DNA from: Waddliaceae bacterium
GTDB lineage: Bacteria > Chlamydiota > Chlamydiia > Chlamydiales > SLFE01
Assembly: GCA_963783885.1 (NCBI GenBank)
Contig: CAWAPJ010000001.1
Span: forward strand, 32,001-96,000
Direction: 5' to 3'
Length of the DNA stretch: 64,000 nt
Numbering within the stretch: the first letter of the stretch is position 1; every line of letters begins with the position of its first letter. The position numbers were made by a program, and so were the translations under genes. Of the stretch, positions 61,747-64,000 are shown one piece after another. Under the pieces are notes generated by a model, which ran no database searches, had not been told where the DNA came from, and saw only the letters and a program-made list of their open reading frames with translations.

Positions 61747-61776
61747 TTGATATATAATGGCTTTCTGTGCTAAAAT
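61747..61776 (+). promoter_or_regulatory. Promoter for rpsO
   Basis: TTGATA-18 nt-TAAAAT with an extended TG. Confidence 0.55.
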
Positions 61777-61827
61777 GTAAGCTTAGAAACAATTTAAAGA
61801 GGTTTAACACAAGAGGGGGTCCTCAGG

Positions 61828-62097
61828 ATGTCACTAGATAAGGGTACCAAAGAAGAAATCACCAAGAAGTTCCAGCTTCACGAAAAGGATACCGGGTCTG
61901 CCGATGTGCAAATTGCCATTTTAACAGAGAGAATCACCGAGTTGACCGAACACCTGAAACGATCGCCTAAAGACCACAATTCACGTCTGGCGCTCCTTAA
62001 GCTTGTCGGCCAAAGACGACGACTCCTGGATTATTTAAATTCTACCGATACAAAGCGGTATCAAGCTTTGATTAAAAAGCTGAAATTAAGACGCTAA
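61828..62097 (+). CDS. rpsO: 30S ribosomal protein S15
   Basis: [31 protein letters not shown]. Confidence 0.98.
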   Translation: MSLDKGTKEEITKKFQLHEKDTGSADVQIAILTERITELTEHLKRSPKDHNSRLALLKLVGQRRRLLDYLNSTDTKRYQALIKKLKLRR

Positions 62098-62102
62098 TTG
62101 AC

Positions 62103-62124
62103 AGCGGCCGGCAATCCGGCCGCT
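62103..62124 (+). terminator. Hairpin after rpsO
   Basis: AGCGGCCGG-CAAT-CCGGCCGCT followed by a pyrimidine-rich tract. Confidence 0.65.
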
Positions 62125-62194
62125 TCTCATTTGCTCCTCTTTTTTGTTAATTTACCTCTTGAAATTAAATTGCAAAGAACTTAAAAATTAACTG

Positions 62195-62290
62195 TGGAAG
62201 TTGAGGTTGAATTGAAGTCAGAGACTTCTTTTTAACACAACGTGTAAAGAGAACTTTCTGAGTTCTATTCGAGTCTGCCTCGCCTTCCCA
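62195..62290 (+). promoter_or_regulatory. Long imperfect stem-loop in the pnp leader
   Basis: Nested pairings GGAAG/CTTCC, GAGG/CCTC, TCAGA/TCTGA, TTCTTTTTA/TAAAGAGAA, ACAC/GTGT. Confidence 0.6.
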
Positions 62291-62313
62291 ATCAAACGAT
62301 AGGAGAATATCCA

Positions 62314-64000
62314 ATGCAAAGAAACACTATATCTGTGTCTATTGGTGATAAAGAAATTACTTTTGAGACCGGAAAAATCGCAAAACAAGCCAACGGTTCG
62401 GTTGTCGTCAAATGCGGAGAAACCGTTCTCTTCACCTCTGCCTGTGCAAACCTAAAACCCAATACAACAAATGACTTTTTACCCCTGACTGTCGATTACC
62501 GGGAGAAATTCTCATCTGCCGGCAAAACTTTGGGAGGCTATCTCAAAAGGGAAGGCAGGCCAACTGAAAGAGAAATTTTAATCTCCAGGCTCATTGACAG
62601 GCCCATCAGGCCAATGTTTGAAAATGGGTACTTTTGCGAAACGCAGATCCTTGTCTATGTCTGGTCATACGATGGAGTTGTCTCTCCGGATCCGTTGGCC
62701 CTTTGCGCGGCCTCGGCAGCTCTTGTGATTTCCGACATCCCCCTTATCAAGCCAATATCCGCTGTACGCGTTGGGAGAATCGACGGGCGATTCATTATCA
62801 ACCCAACAATGAGTGAACAGGAACAGTCGGATCTAGATCTCCTCATGGCCGGAACCGAAGATGCCGTTCTAATGATCGAAGGGTATTGCGACTTTTTGAC
62901 CGAAGATCAGGTTATCGAAGCCATTGACTTCGGCCACCAGGCCATAAAGAAAATCTGCCATATTCTTTCAGATTGGCAAAAAGAAGTTGGAAAAGCCAAA
63001 AATCGCGAAGGACTCCGTCCGGCCATCTCTGATGACGTGTTTTCTGCTGTCAATCAAATTATTGAGCCTGTTCTGAGTCAAACGCTTCGTATCAAAGACA
63101 AGCTGGAAAGAGAAACAGCTCAATCGGCAATGAAAAAGACTGTGATTGAGACATTGTTTCCCGAGGGTGAAGAACCAAAATTCAACCAGCTTGAAGTTGA
63201 ATCGGCGATTAAAGAAATCCAATCTCAATATCTCCGCCAAATGATCCTCGAAGAAAACCTTCGTTGCGATGGACGAACAAACAAAGATATACGTCCGATC
63301 GACATCGAACAGGGTGTTCTTCCAAGAGTTCATGGAAGCTCCCTCTTCACCAGAGGAGAAACGCAAACGCTGGCTGTCTGCACCTTAGGAGGCGAGACAA
63401 TGGCGCAGCGCTTTGAGAGCCTCGATGGAGAAGGTGCCAGACGGTTCTATCTGCAATACACCTTCCCTCCTTTTTCCGTTGGCGAAGTGGGCCGTTCCGG
63501 CCCTCCGGGAAGAAGGGAGATAGGACATGGAAAACTTGCGGAAAGAGCCTTGCAATACTCTATTCCCAGGCCCGATGACTTCCCCTATATCATCCGTCTA
63601 GAGTCGAATATCACTGAATCGAACGGTTCTTCTTCAATGGCATCGGTTTGCGGGGGATGCCTGGCGTTGATGAACGCCGGAGTCCCGATCAGCCGCCCGG
63701 TTTCAGGGATTGCCATGGGGCTGGTCCTGGAAATGGATCGTTTCTCTATCCTCTCCGATATCCTTGGCATTGAAGACGCTCTCGGAGATATGGACTTTAA
63801 AATCACCGGAGACAAAGACGGGATTACCGCTTTCCAGATGGATATAAAAGTCGAAGGGATCACCGTAGAGATCATGAGAGCCGCTCTTGAACAGGCAAAA
63901 GAAGGACGTATTCACATTTTAGAAAAAATGCTCCAAACCGCTCCAACACATGCCTCCGAAATGTCCAAGCACGCTCCCCGAATCGAAACACTGAAAGTTA
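62314..64000 (+). CDS. pnp: Polyribonucleotide nucleotidyltransferase, 3'-truncated by the window edge and absent from the ORF track
   Basis: AGGAG RBS; MQRNTISVSIGDKEITFETGKIAKQANG, DFLPLTVDYRE, RREIGHG, ESNGSSSMAS, GDMDFK. Confidence 0.97.
   Translation, partial: MQRNTISVSIGDKEITFETGKIAKQANGSVVVKCGETVLFTSACANLKPNTTNDFLPLTVDYREKFSSAGKTLGGYLKREGRPTEREILISRLIDRPIRPMFENGYFCETQILVYVWSYDGVVSPDPLALCAASAALVISDIPLIKPISAVRVGRIDGRFIINPTMSEQEQSDLDLLMAGTEDAVLMIEGYCDFLTEDQVIEAIDFGHQAIKKICHILSDWQKEVGKAKNREGLRPAISDDVFSAVNQIIEPVLSQTLRIKDKLERETAQSAMKKTVIETLFPEGEEPKFNQLEVESAIKEIQSQYLRQMILEENLRCDGRTNKDIRPIDIEQGVLPRVHGSSLFTRGETQTLAVCTLGGETMAQRFESLDGEGARRFYLQYTFPPFSVGEVGRSGPPGRREIGHGKLAERALQYSIPRPDDFPYIIRLESNITESNGSSSMASVCGGCLALMNAGVPISRPVSGIAMGLVLEMDRFSILSDILGIEDALGDMDFKITGDKDGITAFQMDIKVEGITVEIMRAALEQAKEGRIHILEKMLQTAPTHASEMSKHAPRIETLKV

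Overview
Chromosomal segment of an environmental chlamydia (phylum Chlamydiota). The assignment rests on gene orders that match the chlamydial backbone: rpsA-nusA-infB-rbfA-truB-ribF / ychF / sctU(cdsU)-sctV(cdsV)-copN-scc1-malQ ... rpmB; rpmE-prfA-prmC-ffh-rpsP-trmD-rplS-rnhB-(yicC)-gmk-rpoZ-metG; and tadA / rpsO-pnp. Many eukaryote-like, probably secreted proteins are interleaved in this backbone: two BTB-LRR proteins, two other LRR proteins, a RasGEF-domain protein, a USP-type deubiquitinase, an ankyrin-like protein and a protein of about 16 novel 31-aa helical repeats. Main oddities: (1) the T3SS gatekeeper CopN is split into YopN-like and TyeA-like genes; (2) an aspartate kinase without ACT domains precedes a large protein with ACT-like modules; (3) one IS982 element with palindromic ends occurs with a truncated copy and two different MITEs whose derivation can be read from the sequence; (4) malQ has a 1-nt frameshift; (5) a rhomboid has lost its catalytic residues. 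No rRNA, tRNA or CRISPR array was seen. All product calls come from motif recognition and synteny by eye, without database searches.
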